Shown: positions 38,371 to 52,901, counted from the stretch's first letter. The stretch: 64,000 nt of DNA from Ascidiella aspersa (GCA_963924565.1 OZ004608.1:7440001-7504000); one strand, 5' to 3'. Notes: generated by a model from the sequence alone, not told the origin. Translations and numbers: made by a program.

Positions 38371-41300
38371 ATGAAATATTTGCTTTTAATTATACTTGTT
38401 CGGTGGGAAATTGTTTCTGTGTTAATTGGCACGCATTTGGCAACAACGAGTACTACATTTCAACAAATGTGCAAAACTTTGATGGAGCTCAGTCAGCTTG
38501 CCACGCAATGGATGCAAATCTGGCAAAAGTAAACACCAGTGAGATTCAACAGTTTTTGACCGACGCAATTAACAACATGCCAGGTAGAATGAAACAATTA
38601 TAAACTGTCATAAAGTTGTCCGCAACAAGTAACTGATGATGATTTTCAGGTTCTGTAATTACGCTTTACATCGGTTGAAAGTGGAACGCATCAACAGATA
38701 TATATCACTGGTTTGATGGAACGATGTTGGATGTTGCTCAGTGGGCACCAGGACAACCAAACAGTATTTCACACGAATGTGTTGTGATGTCAAAGTACCT
38801 CGGTTATTTATGGGATGATCGACCATGCGATACTTGGACCTCCTACATATGTTCCAGATACTGGGGTAATATGTTATTTTTTACACATTTGTGGAATGAT
38901 ACGCGATGCGATAATTGGAATTTAAATATGTGTGGAAAATGTTGTGGTACGTTGGTGATATGTGAGGTATATTTTACGCCTGATGACAAAGTTTGATCAT
39001 TTTTATAACTATTAAATAATTTTGCATTTAAGAACAACTAAATAATGTTGCGTTTGAATTTCACTTTTAATTAAAAACCACAATTTTTCACTGACGATGA
39101 TATAACGTTCAAATCTCAGGAAGGCTATTATCCTTTAAATCATCTTAAGCAGGATAATAATAAAAACAAATATTACCTAAAATAAAGTAATATTGCTATC
39201 TAAACATAAGAGCATATACAAAAAGGGGTGTTGGTGTATTATTAATATAAATATTACTTTAATAGCAGCTAAGATATTTCCAAGGCAGGCCCCTAATTTA
39301 ACAACGAGATTCGATTAGCGATTTGAGTGATATAATACCAGCTTCTATTGTCCAAAACACTTACTCGCAAATGTTTTCCAAGAGCTGCCCAGCAGGGTTG
39401 CAGGCACACAAATGGCATGTGCTGGGGAATGTTTGCTTGAATGTCCAACTTTTGGTAAAGAACGAACAACATTGGGTGTCCAACTGCTAGACCTGCAGAA
39501 AAACACTAAATGTCCTTTTGTCGTGTTTTACCATCAAGTTTGTCGCTCAACAATAAGCAATTGGCTGAATATACCTCAATCTTGAGCATCAGTTACGATT
39601 TTACTTTGTTCTAAAAGTTACAGTCAGGGCCGTTTTATGTCTTGAAGAGGCCCTAAGGTTAAGCACTTAAAATTTCGGCGCCCTATACGTTTTATTTTAA
39701 ATTTAAACACAAATATGCTGTTTTCAATCTCATTATTGATATATATTAAACTTTGGGTCGCGACACAGCAGGATAATGTTAACCTACTTTAAATAATAAG
39801 CTCAGAATGCATATCACGAGATGTTTTGATAGAGCGTAAACCCAAAAATCAAAAAACACAAACCTTTCCACAAAGTCGGTGCGGGGCCTTTGCCAAAAAA
39901 ATTGTGAAATACTTTTTTTTGTTTCGCAACTAAGGATAGAGTTCTTTTTGCTTCGAAGTTATTTTTTGGAAAATATTACAAAAAATATTTAATGAAAAAC
40001 AAGCTTTCTAACGCTAAAGCTAATTTTTATCTATAGTAAAAACATAACCCTTGCTCGTTTTACTTATTAAATTTTGCTTTTTTGACCGAACTAATTGGGT
40101 GGTTTGTGAATCACAAATGCACTAAAATCCCTAGTCTTGAATATCAATGGTAGATTTTTTGTTCCAAAATATTTATGTATGATCATGTTGTCGATTTAAC
40201 ATTTATTAATAGCTTTTTGTTTTAGATAACAGTTTTGTGGGATGCCCTACGCAAACGACAGTTACGTTTGTCTTGGATTTACTGAGACAGAATGAATCAT
40301 GAACAGTTGAAAAATACTTTAAAATTTATGTTACTCTCATCTACAGTGCAATCTACGCCGGAACCAACCACAGGAGAATCACCTACGCCAGAACCATTCA
40401 TGACAGAACCATCTACGCCAGAACCATTCATGACAGAACCATCTACACCAGAACCATCAGCAACAGTCACATTACCTATTGCTGCAACCACGTTTTCATC
40501 CGACAAACCTGCAGTAGGCATTTCAACCATACCATGTTCGGGTAACAAAGCAGGGAATTAATGTTTGTTTAGTTTGGTAACTATAACGTTGCTTGCGAAA
40601 ACTAAATAATTTGATAAATATATCAAACATGTTTGTTGGTCAAACTTTAAGACATGCAAAATAAATGGATAATCAAAAATCCGATTTTTTTTTTATAAAA
40701 TGTACTTCATGTTTTAGTTTCAAGTTTCATGTCCACGAAAGGCGATACTTCAAGTGATGACGAGGGTGGTATTACGACTATCATTGTCGCCGTCGTTTGT
40801 TCGATTGCATTTGTTTGCATTGTGCTGGCTTTTGTGGTATTAAGAGGGTAAGCAATTTCAACTCAAATACGGTTAATGAAAGTGTTATAGTTTTTTTTTA
40901 TTTGTTTCAGAATATGCAGTCAAACTGAAAAATCAGCGAAGACGCCAACAAACATAGGTAAGACCAATTATATATTTACCTAAATCGAATCGTTTGTTTT
41001 GCAATATAAGTGATATTCATGATTTATCTACAAACACATAAAATGAGACATTTCTTTTGTTGCCACTTGTTTTATTTGTTCATTAGTGACAGAGTATGGC
41101 GGGCATAGTACCTAAGGATTCCTTCTTTGAACCAACGCGACACATGCGTTCCAGCTTCATAAATGTAGTCCCTTCGTTAACCGTAATATTATTACGTCTA
41201 TCAAGGTGCAATATTCTCTATCGATTACAGATGAACACCTGTACGCCGATATCGACGAAACCAAGATCGGATACAGGCGCCCGAGTCACGAATACTCCAC

Positions 41301-41510
41301 AACTATCAACACCGGTGATGTGGCTCAACAGGAAACAGCAAAAGGAACATACTGTATAGATCTGCCAGAAGGATTTTAAAACTAAGCTCTGTTACATAGG
41401 GCCCAAAACACATCGGCTGAGTGTGGAACACAACTCAACCAGCACAACGTAAAAACAAATGCCTGCTAACGCAAAACAATAAACTCTGGTTAAAGCTACG
41501 GTAAACAAAG
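38371..41510 (+). pseudogene. G7: pseudogene of a long-tail CTLD receptor
   Basis: ATG 38371 is out of frame with the CTLD (frameshift in the signal peptide). In-frame TGA at 38676-38678 replaces the Leu of YIGL. The tail exon from 41231 stops early. Exon relics: 38371-38583, 38650-38865, 40347-40541, 40718-40847, 40911-40957, 41231 to about 41510. Confidence 0.85.
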
Positions 41511-43149
41511 GGTTCAGCTGCAGTTTAAATGAGTCTTGGTGAAGGGATTTTGGACAAACATCGCTCTTCAGAAAGATGCTGTAACTAGAACTAGCTTCCA
41601 GTTTCACAAAAATGTTGAGTATATATTCATGTTTAGATTTTGATATAGATTGGAGTTTGTGTTTCGCCGATTCTTTGTAATCCAAAATAATCGATTAAAT
41701 TCGTTGCAGAAGGTCAGTTGCAAGCAAAAGTTACTTGGTAGTGTAAACATTTTATTTAAATAGTACGATTCTAATCTTTACAGAAACTCAAGTGATGTCA
41801 GTAGGATTATTAGGGCACCCGCAATGGTAAAACATATAAAATGTAACGTAATTGAAGACGACGATCAAAAAAGAAAAAAACAAATGAAAAAAAAACAACT
41901 GTAGTTCTTTGGATTATGAATAAAGAAGCGTACATTATACGTCGTGTTAAACAGCAGTGTAATAAAAGGGCTATGGAAACATATATGATGTGGAATAGTT
42001 TAAAAACACCCCAATAGTACGAGATGCCCATTAGTTTATTTATTCAAAAAACTATCATCATCCTAAACTAGATATATTTCTATTGTGCCATATTTATCAT
42101 TTCGTCGTCCTACAGTTTGCTGTGTTATGTCAATAAAGAGCCTTCGTTTCGCAGAATAACAAATTTTATTAGTTATATAGGATATATTTTCTATTCCAGT
42201 TGACCAAATATTAGTAAAGAGTTGTCACTTTTTGTCAAATTAAAAGGCATTTCAGAAGATAGCAAAATGTTTGACCTGATAAAATTAACATTCTAGAATT
42301 CCAGCTAATTATAAGATTAAATGAACCGGGAAATATCCACTTGCACTTGCAGACCCTTCATCCAAATGCTTTAAACGAATCTTTGCGGATACCACAAGGT
42401 TCCAAATGGTTCAATGAATTAGTTCTATACTTTAGGCGTGTGGCTAGCCGGGTCTTTATATTCATGACGTGCAATTCAGTCTAAAAACCTACTTATTTCA
42501 TGTTTTTAATTAAAAGATGTATTAGTAAAAACGAGTATTAGTTTGCTAGATGTGAACATACGTTTTATAAAATAGCCTATGCGTCATTAACGAAAAATTG
42601 CTGTAGGGGTATTAATCCATCACACTGGAAACCACAACCCTGCAGTCGTCAAGCCGCATGAGCAAACAACTATAAAACCCACAAACCTTTGGCACATTCT
42701 ATTTGTGCCGAAACGACAGTGTGGTTGTAAATTTTCCCTATGAAATGTATTTTTAGTCTGGTTCTTCCTTTTTTTCATTGCAACGAATTGCGAAGTTGAA
42801 AATAGGTTATATTAATTTTGCTATTTATGTCACTCGTGTTTACGGCGGTCGCCTTAAATATTTGCGCTGCGTGGGCGCCGTTTAATACTATTATAAACTT
42901 GTTATAATAGTACATCTGGCTCGAAAAAGTAAAGTAAAATCCAATCTTTAGCAGAACTTGAAGGATTTGGCTTCAATATCGCCAGGCACTTTAGTTAATC
43001 TTTGTTTGGTTTCGCAAGTAGTCAGGGAAAACGATTTGCTACATAGCAGAAAAGCAACTGTCACGAACAGCAATGTTTAAAAACAGCTTGGTATAATTAT
43101 GATACACTATTCTACAAAAAAACTCTGTTCTTAAAATCAATAGCAGTTT

Positions 43150-44020
43150 TAACCATCAACATAGCGACCGATTATGAACTTAAATAGCGATTCGAACAAA
43201 GTGAAACTCTTTTTTATATTGAGAGTAAACGCGCTTGGTCAACAACCGTCTTACAGGGGCTTAAGCTGCACGTTTGAGGTTTATAATCTTTCAGGTAAAG
43301 TAATTAAAACACATTGATCGGTACACTTTAAAAAAAGATTCAAACAAGGCCGGGCATCTCGAAGCAGCAGGGAAAGCGATCAGCCATAGTTTATAATGTT
43401 GTCGAGGTCGCATCGATTTGCATAGTCGGAGTTTGAGTTACAACAGAACAGTGCAATACGCAAAAGGTCTAAGTTCAATGTAAGGTATTGAGAATTTTCA
43501 ATGGAAGTTCGTTTGCCATCTAACCTTCTGTATGCTTGAATTTCGGTTTAACAGTTTTGAATATGCACCTGCGCAGCCCTTCACAGCATACGAGCAAACA
43601 ATTATAAAAACTACAAACTTTGAGTACACTCCGCAATGTTTTACCATAGTTTGGAAGTATTAAACAAGACCGTCCTGAAAACAACTTTATACGTTCAGAA
43701 AATCAAAAGGAAAAGCAAACATCAACATATAGTCAACAATTTATGGACTTTAACTGCGATTTCGACAAAGTGAAACTCTTTTATATTGGAAGTAAATGCG
43801 CGCTCAGTTAGTATGTTTACAGCCCTGCTACGGCGACTTAAACTGCTCGTTTGAGGTTTAAATCATTTAGGCAAAGTGGTCGAAGCATGCTGATTGGAAC
43901 ACTTTAAAGTGAAATTGATTTAAAAATAGACGGGATTTTACTAATCATACTAGTTCATGATGTTGTCGTTTTTACAACAGGTTTTTTCAAACAGCACCGT
44001 AAGTTTGAGAAACAAAAGAA
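43150..44020 (+). repeat. Diverged direct duplication of about 300 bp (period about 570 bp) upstream of G8
   Basis: Shared catcaacata, acaaagtgaaactctttt, cgtttgaggttta, acactttaaa, atgttgtcg and agtttgag at about 43150-43450 and about 43720-44020. Confidence 0.7.
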
Positions 44021-45251
44021 AACAGCAATTCGTGGCAATTTGATGAAAGATAATAAAGGAAAGTATGCAGTAGTGGATTTATAGAAAAAAATACTTGATG
44101 GAAGCAGTAAAAAAAGCAGATAAATTTATTCAAATGTTATTTCGCCACCACATGCATTCAGTGAGAAACTTTATTTTCAGTTTTATCAGGTGTTCTTGAA
44201 TTGTGACTTGCAGTACTGTATAGTCTACGATTTACAGCACCTTGATTTCATTTGAACACCAGTTTAGCCGTTTCCAACTTAGCTCCTCTTTAAATAGCTG
44301 AGTTTTTGCACGAAATGGCGCATTTAACAAATCGGAAATGGAAATGCAAACAATCTTACAAAGTTTTAGATTGAGATTTCATTTTTTCGCACACAACCGC
44401 GACAGGCCTGATGTAGCTTTCTATCGGCATATTTACCGCCAATGTGTTTTGTCTTACGCAAAACATATCACCGTTTTTAAACTAATAAATATAGAAATAA
44501 TTGTAGCGGTTCAGCTTTGAAGGTATTACTACCAATTTCGAATACTTTTAAACAGTGCAAAACAGGCAACATATAGTTCTTTAAATCATATTCACGTAGC
44601 ATGAAAAGAACTACAAATACTTAAAATGCCACTAAGATTACAAACCGTTGCATAGACTATTGTTTACTAACAAAATTGTTTACTACTTCTATTGTTATTG
44701 ATTTCCTACCAATTTACCGAGAAGGCAGGAACTTCCAAGGAGTCACATAGAGTGGTCTGTGTGTATCACCTGGCATCATGCACAAAAAATATTAAAGTGC
44801 AAACTAAACTACATAAAAACACCTTTATATAGTAGTAGCTGAGCACAATGTTTGGGACAAAACGGTGTAATAGATCGAGCGAAGATATTTATACAGTATT
44901 TCAACAACACGTATGAAAAACTGTTATAGCCTTTAACTTTCGAGCGTTTGTGTTTTGGTAATACGATTAACCACACTGCTCAACATTGCTTTGGCGTTAG
45001 TGTTTGTTGTGTTATATCGGCTACAACCTTTTAGGTGCGATGATAAATAAGTTTGGTTTTATATGTAATTCTACGTAAACCTATACTGTCGCCATAGCTT
45101 AAACCGAAACGAGAGCACGCGAGGAAACGTTTGACAACCATTGCTTGTATCGACGGTCTTCGAGGTGTGCTGATGTTAAAAAATATATACACTCAACTAA
45201 TAAATATGAATGTTGTTACAACAGCTTCATGAATGATTGGCAGATGTAGGA

Positions 45252-48200
45252 ATGAAAGTTATTATTTCAATCATATTTGTCTGTTTGATGAAAAGCAGCT
45301 GGTCTGTAAATTGGCACGATTTTGATAACTTTGAGTATTACATTTCAACAAGTGATGGAGTAAACTTTGAAGGAGCTCAATCAGCTTGCAAAGAGATGGG
45401 TGCAAACCTGGCCAAAGTTAACACCAGTGAGATTCAACAGTTTCTTACTATACTCGCAGGTTATGTGACTTATATAACCTTTAATAAATTTTTAATTTAA
45501 CAGTCATTTTCAAAAATTTATAGGTTCTCGAAATACACTTTATATCGGTTTAAACTGGAACGCTGCAGCAGACAAGTATCTCTGGTTGGATGGAACCGAT
45601 TTGGATGTTACTCAGTGGGGAAATGATCAACCAACTAGTAATCAGCCATGTGTTGTGATGTTTATGAGTCTCGGTTATTTGTGGGACGATGTAAGATGCG
45701 ACACTTGGAACTCTTACATATGTTCAAAGTACTCGGGTAAGATGTTATTTTTTAGATATTCTGGAAAGCTGTATTTTGTTAGAATTGTATGGCTTACTGG
45801 ACAAACGATGACCAATCCTTATTGAGTACTACAATCATGGTGTCAAACACTTTAAAGTGTATATCTCGACTTCATTCAAATATTATTTCGAAAAGTAAAA
45901 TATAAGTAAGGGTTTATGTCAATTAGAAACATTTTTACAGTCGGATAACATATCTAGGCGATTTCATATTTGTTAGATGGATCCATTGGTTCTTAATGGG
46001 GTGCTGTGGCGCCCTGGTGTGCCATTCCTAATGCTCAAGGGGTAGATAAGTATTTGAGGATTTTTGAAAGTCTGATTTTTGCTTAATTGGTATGCTTCTT
46101 AGTACATCTCTTTGCGTACGATTATAAACCCTTATATCAAATGACGTTTCCCTATATGTTTTGATTTGATTGTGTTGTTCTAGTTCCTTTATGTTGACAT
46201 TTCAGTAAAATACTTTTATTTGGGGTGACGAAAATATTTTTATTATTTGAGAGGGGTGCCGTAAGCCATACGGTTAATAATTACTGGGTTAATCTCTAGG
46301 ACCTTGTAAACTACAAAGCCGGAAAATGGTAATATTGCGTTAATATGGCGCTATAAAAACATCAGCTGCAATACTGTTCTACTTTCAGTATAGGATGCAA
46401 AATGCACAAACAATTTGCAAATATAGTTGAACATTTCCACAGAACCATCTACGACAAAATCACATTTGAGTACAGCAACCACGAATACACCGACATAAAC
46501 GGAAGAGAGTCAACCACAGACATTTCACGTGATATAAATATCATATACTGTCAATTTTGTAGATAGGTGTTGTTAAATATTAACAAAACATCTAACTTGT
46601 GGTACATAGTGCGTAAACGACGCCAATTAGCCACCAAGATTTTTGAATACAAGACTTTTAAAATCATATGAAATCACGACTTACCGTGGCTTTACGGATT
46701 GCGCAGGCCCTGGTCTAGTTACGAAATACCATACGGTCCAGTGTTTGTAACCATATGTACTGCACATACATTGCTGGACATTAATTGCTCAGTAAATAAA
46801 TTGAAGATCTTATGACCTGCAAGTATATTTTCCTAACATTTTTAAAGCGTACCGACCACTTACACAAACATGTGTTTTAATTGTTGATTATGACATACAG
46901 AATAAGTCGAAAACAGAAATACAAATATGTGAATTATACCGTTCAATTGTTTAAACCGGACTTTTGTTGAAACCAAACGAAAACACCAAATGAAGTGGGC
47001 AGTTATTTTTCGCCCGGCCATCAAATTGCTTAACTATAAAGGCCTTTTTTAATGCTAACACACACAAAACAAATCGTGTGTTATTACTGATTTATAGTTC
47101 ACAACGGAAGTGCGCTGCTGACAACTACGTGTTGGGAGTTCCCGATAATATAAAATTTTGACCTGATTTCGCGGGGTTTTTTTGCAATGAACGAAGATAA
47201 ACCAAAAAATAAAAGTATATACAGGTATTTTAAAATCCGTCAAACTAGTGATTAAACATAAAGCTTCACAGGGCCATCATCAACGTCAAAACCATCTACG
47301 TCAAGACCATCGACGTCAAGACCATCGACGTCAAGACCATCGACGTCAAGACCATCGACGTCAAGACCATTTACGTCTGGACCATTTACGTCAGGACTAT
47401 CTACGTCGAGACCATATACGTCAAATCCATCTACGACAGGGTCAGTTACGATTCAATCTAGTAAAGCAACAGTCGATTATTCTAAAGATACAACAACCGA
47501 AAAATCAACGACGCGAAATCCAGGTAGGCCTAAGTCAGTTGAACATGCTTCAATTTTATGGTGGATTTTTGTTTGAAAATGTGTTGGCAGCAATTATTTG
47601 TAGTTTGTTCTATTATTAGATTGCAATTAACAATCAAAACACTAAGAATTTCATTTGTTATAAATCTTAGTAGTCATTGTGAAATTTAATATTAGAAACA
47701 GAAACAGCAAACACGATTTATAATAATGATACAATTGTATGTTTGTTTCTGTGTGTGTGACGGTAGGAATACGTGTCTAATTTTGATAATATACAAACAC
47801 GTATATGTGATTACTTGCTAAGCCAGAAAATTACACCAGGTTAAATGGAACTGTCATAGAAAGTTTGTGAACTATACATTGCATTCATTTTGGTGTATTA
47901 ATTTAGCACACATCTGACAAAAGTTAAACACCCATAAAAAAGACAATAATAGTTATTTCAACAATAAAATTACAAATCCGTCAAAACTAACAAAAGTAGC
48001 AACATCGAGTTGTAACTAGATTAAGAAAAAATAACGATGTACAGTAAAATGCTAACAAATGCAAAACCCTTTTGTGGATGGGTTAAAAATATTTCCTTTT
48101 ACAGCAACAATCTCGAGCTCCACTAAAGGCTACACTTCAGGTGATGACGATGAAGATCTTACAATCATCATAGTTGCCGTTATTTGCTCGGTTCTATTCG

Positions 48201-50408
48201 TTTGCATTATTGTGGCGTTCGTAATATACCGAAGGTAAGTGATTTTAAACACACGAAAGAAAAATCGAAGTACAATACTAATATTGCATTACAGGAAATT
48301 CAAGCCAGCAGGAAAATCACCGATCCATGCAATAAACAACGGTACAGGTAACGTACCACCCTTTCAAAATTGATTTAGGAAATAACTAATACAATTAATG
48401 GACGTACAACTTTAATGTTGTGTTCTTAAACCTTATGGGCAAAGTCTGTGTAGGCTCATGATGAGTTCAAATCAGGGGTGTCCAACATGAGGCACGCGTG
48501 CCAAATGGACACGCGACCTAATAAAAATGGCACGCAAGCCCCCCAAAAATACAGCGAATTTTCAAAACAGCTAAATTTGTTATACAGCCAATTGTCATTG
48601 TTTATTCACAATACAAAACAATCCAAGTAATTACGACAATAAACAATAACTTCTGATTTTATAACACTATATATTGTTTTTATTTTTTGTATAAAACCGC
48701 TGTTGCATTAAAAAAAATAGTTGCTAAACTTTGTCACTGGAAGAAGTTATAAGATAAACATTGGCACTTCGGCATGTTTGAGTTGGCCACCCCTGGTTTA
48801 AATAAATGAAAAATGTAAACAATGTTTAAAAAATACAATTCATAACGCAAGGTTAATGCATTCTCGATTGATTGTAGGGCAACACGTGTATGCTGACATC
48901 GACTACAACAACATAGAGTCCAGGCGTCCGAGCCACGAATACTCCACCATCGACACACCAGGGGTTAAAGCTCAAGTGGACACAGAAGAAGGCGAATATT
49001 CGCACCTTAATTTGTCTGGACTTCCCGTAACTCAGCCGGTCTGTAACATGGAACCGAAAACGCCCAGGCTGAGTGTGGAGTACAGCACCACAAAAGACGA
49101 AATCATGATTTGTGACGAAAACAAAGTTCCGGTTTATGCTGTCGTTAACAAAGGTAAGTTTCCACTACATGTTTGACGAATTTGGAAATGCATAAGCAAT
49201 TTAACATTGAAATAATAATAATGCATGACTTTGTTGTTAAATTACGCAAAGGCCCACATTTCTGTCACTCGGCAACAAACCAAAAGTTTGCAAATGTCAA
49301 CCCGCACAATTTTACTGTTATTTCCAATTTTGTAGTAACCTACGTTGAAGGATGTAACAAAGGTAAACAAACTCGGCGGTACCGGGAGCACAATGAACGG
49401 CATACACAGAATATATTTTTTTATTTATAAAACGGATGTTTTGGACTCTACCGCTTGTCCTAATGATTATTTTTGGACAAGGAATTGCCAATACTATATA
49501 GACTCAGTTTTAACGAATGACTTACGATGTTTTTAGTGTTTTACAAATGTGTTGATTTCCCAAGCTTAAAACTTATGACGGACATAACCGCAATACAGAA
49601 CATTTTACTTAGTATCACTGCTAGCATAGCGTTAGGGGTTCCAAGGCATGTATTATACCTACCACAATATAATCACAGGGAAACGTGAACAAGCAAACAC
49701 GATTCAGCCTCCCGCCGTTGAACCAAACAACGAAACTGACGTCATGGAGAACAGCGCAACTGAAAAGAAAAAGGGAGAGGCGGAAAGCGAAAGTGTCCCG
49801 GTTTATGCTGTTGTCAATAAAGGTAAAGCAAATAACTATAATAGGGCCTGGTTTATGGATCTGAACAATTATGGCTGTTTAGTGAACAGCTGTTAACGAA
49901 GTAGAGAAGCTATTAAGCTCACAATAGATGCTATTATTAAGAAAGCTTTTTAAAATAATCTTTTCTGATTTTCGAACAGAATAATGATGCCAGAATAACG
50001 TATTTTAATTTCTGGAATGATTAAACAGCTTATTTATATAAAACTAAAACACAATTATACACCATAGTATGATTTACATGCATGCAATGGCAAGAAATAA
50101 CTAAGCCGTAACCTGAACTGAATAATATTACTCAAAGCGAAATCTCAAATTACATATATAGAGTCGCCGTACAATAATATAATTTCAAGAATTTCACAGT
50201 CAACACAACGTATAACCTTTATCTTAGACGATTCAGTTTGTTTTGTGTTGCCTTGAGTTTCTTGAATACAACATCACATTTGTTAATTTGGACAGGAAAA
50301 CGAGATAAGGTGAACGCAAATCAGTCTACCGGTACGTCTAGCAACTCCAATGACGTCACTACTGATGATAACAACACCAACCCATTCGGAAAATTATCCC
50401 ACGAATAA
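45252..50408 (+). CDS. G8: type I CTLD-mucin-TM receptor, long tail with duplicated VPVYAVVNK motif, about 460 aa
   Basis: Exons 45252-45459, 45524-45736, 47272-47523, 48105-48234, 48295-48347 (or 48341), 48878-49153, 49679-49822, 50296-50408. CTLD QPT/WDD; (PSTSR)n stalk; TM LTIIIVAVICSVLFVCIIVAFVIY; tail YADI, IDYNNI, EYSTI, EYSHL, and PVYAVVNK twice. Confidence 0.88.
45984..46286. mobile_element. Degenerate hAT-type MITE in a G8 intron
   Basis: Termini cattggttcttaa / ggttaataattactg with subterminal ggggtg(c/a) motifs. Confidence 0.45.
47277..47437 (+). repeat. Coding 15-bp minisatellite (CCATCGACGTCAAGA)n encoding a PSTSR mucin stalk
   Basis: About 10 units, 4 of them identical, inside exon 47272-47523. 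Confidence 0.92.
48473..48795. mobile_element. hAT-type MITE in a G8 intron
   Basis: TIRs caggggtgtccaac / gttggccacccctg; TSD gttcaaat / gtttaaat. Confidence 0.82.
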
Positions 50409-52525
50409 CAGCAACGACGAACGAAGGAAATAATACGGCAATCAAAGGGATACAATTTTGACGGGGTGGACAAGTTACGGGGTTATTCATAACACATTTG
50501 TACGAAAATACTGCATAAACCCTAAAACATAGCTCACCAATTTTTTTCTTTTAAATGGCTGAATACTGTAATGCCCGACCACCGGGGGCCGGATAACTAT
50601 TAGAATGACGGTCGCCGTCCGGAAAAATTTGGTCGGGCTTTATTAAATTGATGATCGTTAAACAATGAAATAATGTAAATAACTATGCAATAAAACTGTA
50701 ATGAGCCTTCATATCAGTTTAGAAATGCATCCGACAGCATCTCAACTGTACTTTATCTGCATTAAGGAAATATTTCCGTGGTCGGATAATGGCCCGAGTG
50801 CCGTTGGTTGGTGTCGCCTACCTTAACTTAACTAATAAAGTCAGCACTTTTATAAATTTGGTTTAAAAACACTAAAACGAATTTTTATTTTGAATAGCTT
50901 TTTATTGATACTTTTCTTTTGTGATTTTATATGTTCGTGAAATATCGAAACAAATTTATTGTTGCAGTGAATTATTGCGTGCCCTTTTAAAATGGGTTTT
51001 ATTATATGCAAATAAACATCCGACAAAAACGAGGTGGAGATTTACTATTTCTACTATTTTTTAGTTGATAAAAAATCAAAACAAAAAAGCATATTGCAAA
51101 GCATTTGGTAAATCTATACAGGTTGTATAAGCCACTCCCCAGAGAGTTGTTTACCGTCGACTCCAAACCGATCAATATATTTATAGCAACGTGATTCACA
51201 AAGAGTTGTAATGCGTTGTTTGCAATACCATAACAAAGGTCCCCTGCTTTTAGCCTCAATGTGTGCAGACCAACCACGCCATGCTGCTTGTACTGTAGGC
51301 AAGGCAAACATATTAAACGTGGTTTAACGGCCTTTCGAGAATCAATATTATCGCTCTACAGTTTCCAGATTTAGCACGGCTATTTTCGACATGATTTAGG
51401 GAAGTTCAACAAACAGAGTTCCTTTTTGACGTGCCAATAAAAAATAGGTATGTGGCCTGATGTTGTTAACTGAAATAATAGAGAGTCCTGCTAAAAGCAC
51501 AACAGTTAAAGCATTTTTTCGTATATGATCGACACCATATATCATAAACTACTGCCGCATCAGTCAATTTTCCGAATCATATTAGTAGTTTGGGCCGGAA
51601 GACAATTATAGAGAAAAATAGGAAAACTATAAAATTGAAATGAAATAAACAATGCGACGACTCGGTATGGCCGAGGTAGTGAGTTTGAACGAAGGTTAGC
51701 TGATTTTCTAGCCTTTCCTTCTATGAAAATCCCTAATTTGTCGACTCATTCCTTTAGGGTTAGGCTGTTATAGATTTACGGTATACTATGTTAGCCGCTA
51801 TTATTGATCAAAAACGAATACTAAAGGGCTAAGCTAAAGAGTGTTTGGTTGGGAGACATATTTCTCTAGCACTAACGTTGTAAGTAACACAAGAAGTTGC
51901 CAGTAAACGCGATTTTCAACCACAAAGAGACCCGGTCGTATGTTTGATTTGATAAACTTTCTGAACCCACAACATTACATAAATATAACTAAAGCGTAGT
52001 TTGGAGTAAAATGCAGATCAGAGTTCCATATGATTATAAAATTAAACCTTATTTCTCTCAAGAATTGATTGAAAATCGCTTCTTAATGGCTTAGAATTTA
52101 AATATTTCTTTAAATGACAAATTGAGATGTGCGCTTTTGCGTAAACAGCGTCAATGAGCAACAAGGATTTCATTACTGGCAAAACCCTTACAGCTTACCA
52201 CAGCTGCAAGCGCTTTGCAATAAACAAATGAATTACATTGATACACAATACAGACGTCATTGATTGCTTATAGTAACACGTTTGCATGACTAATCCCACT
52301 TGAATCAATGCCTTGGAATAAATGGAAACCGAGACCTAACTTCCGCAGTTTAAGGGCACACAGTTAGATGCTATCAAGGGTATAATATATCGAAGTTACA
52401 AACTTTCGGATTACTTTACTCTCTAGTTTGTGTTCGACGATGATTTGAGTCTAAAAAGCTGAGCTTGTCACTTAGTTGTTGTCTGTTTACCTCCATCTCT
52501 AAACAGGGACCATTTCAGAGCTCCA

Positions 52526-52901
52526 TAGTGTTGTAATGACTAAGTTAGTTACTGTTTTAAAATGACTTGACTTAAGTTGTCTATACAAATGACTTGAATT
52601 TAGTTGAGTATTTTGGACAAATGACTTAAAATTAGGCGTTTTCATTTAGCAATTTTTCTATAATTGGATTATTCATTTTTTTTAAGTTTACACATAAAAT
52701 GTTTTGTTTTCTATATGTTTCGTTTATATTATTGTACTCGTATGTGGTAACCAGTTGTGATAGTTCAGAGTTTTATTTTTACAACCAGGATTTGGCTTCA
52801 AGTTGTTTTTTTGTAAATTACAACTTGACTTTGGCAACCGATGACTTGGACTGTAACCTTTGGACTTTAAAACATTTCAAAATGACTTGTTTACAACACT
52901 G
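52526..52901. mobile_element. hAT-type MITE with internal (a)tgactt(g/a) repeats, upstream of G9
   Basis: TIRs tagtgttgtaa / ttacaacactg; TSD gagctcca / gagctcga. Confidence 0.7.

Noticed and set aside
38676-38678. In-frame TGA codons (here and at Cys positions in the G3 repeats) as possible selenocysteine or readthrough
   Set aside because: This TGA replaces a Leu, G7 has other disabling lesions, and I saw no SECIS evidence.
47248-47619. ORF with QDHRR repeats
   Set aside because: Wrong frame of the G8 stalk minisatellite. Splice phase gives PSTSR repeats.
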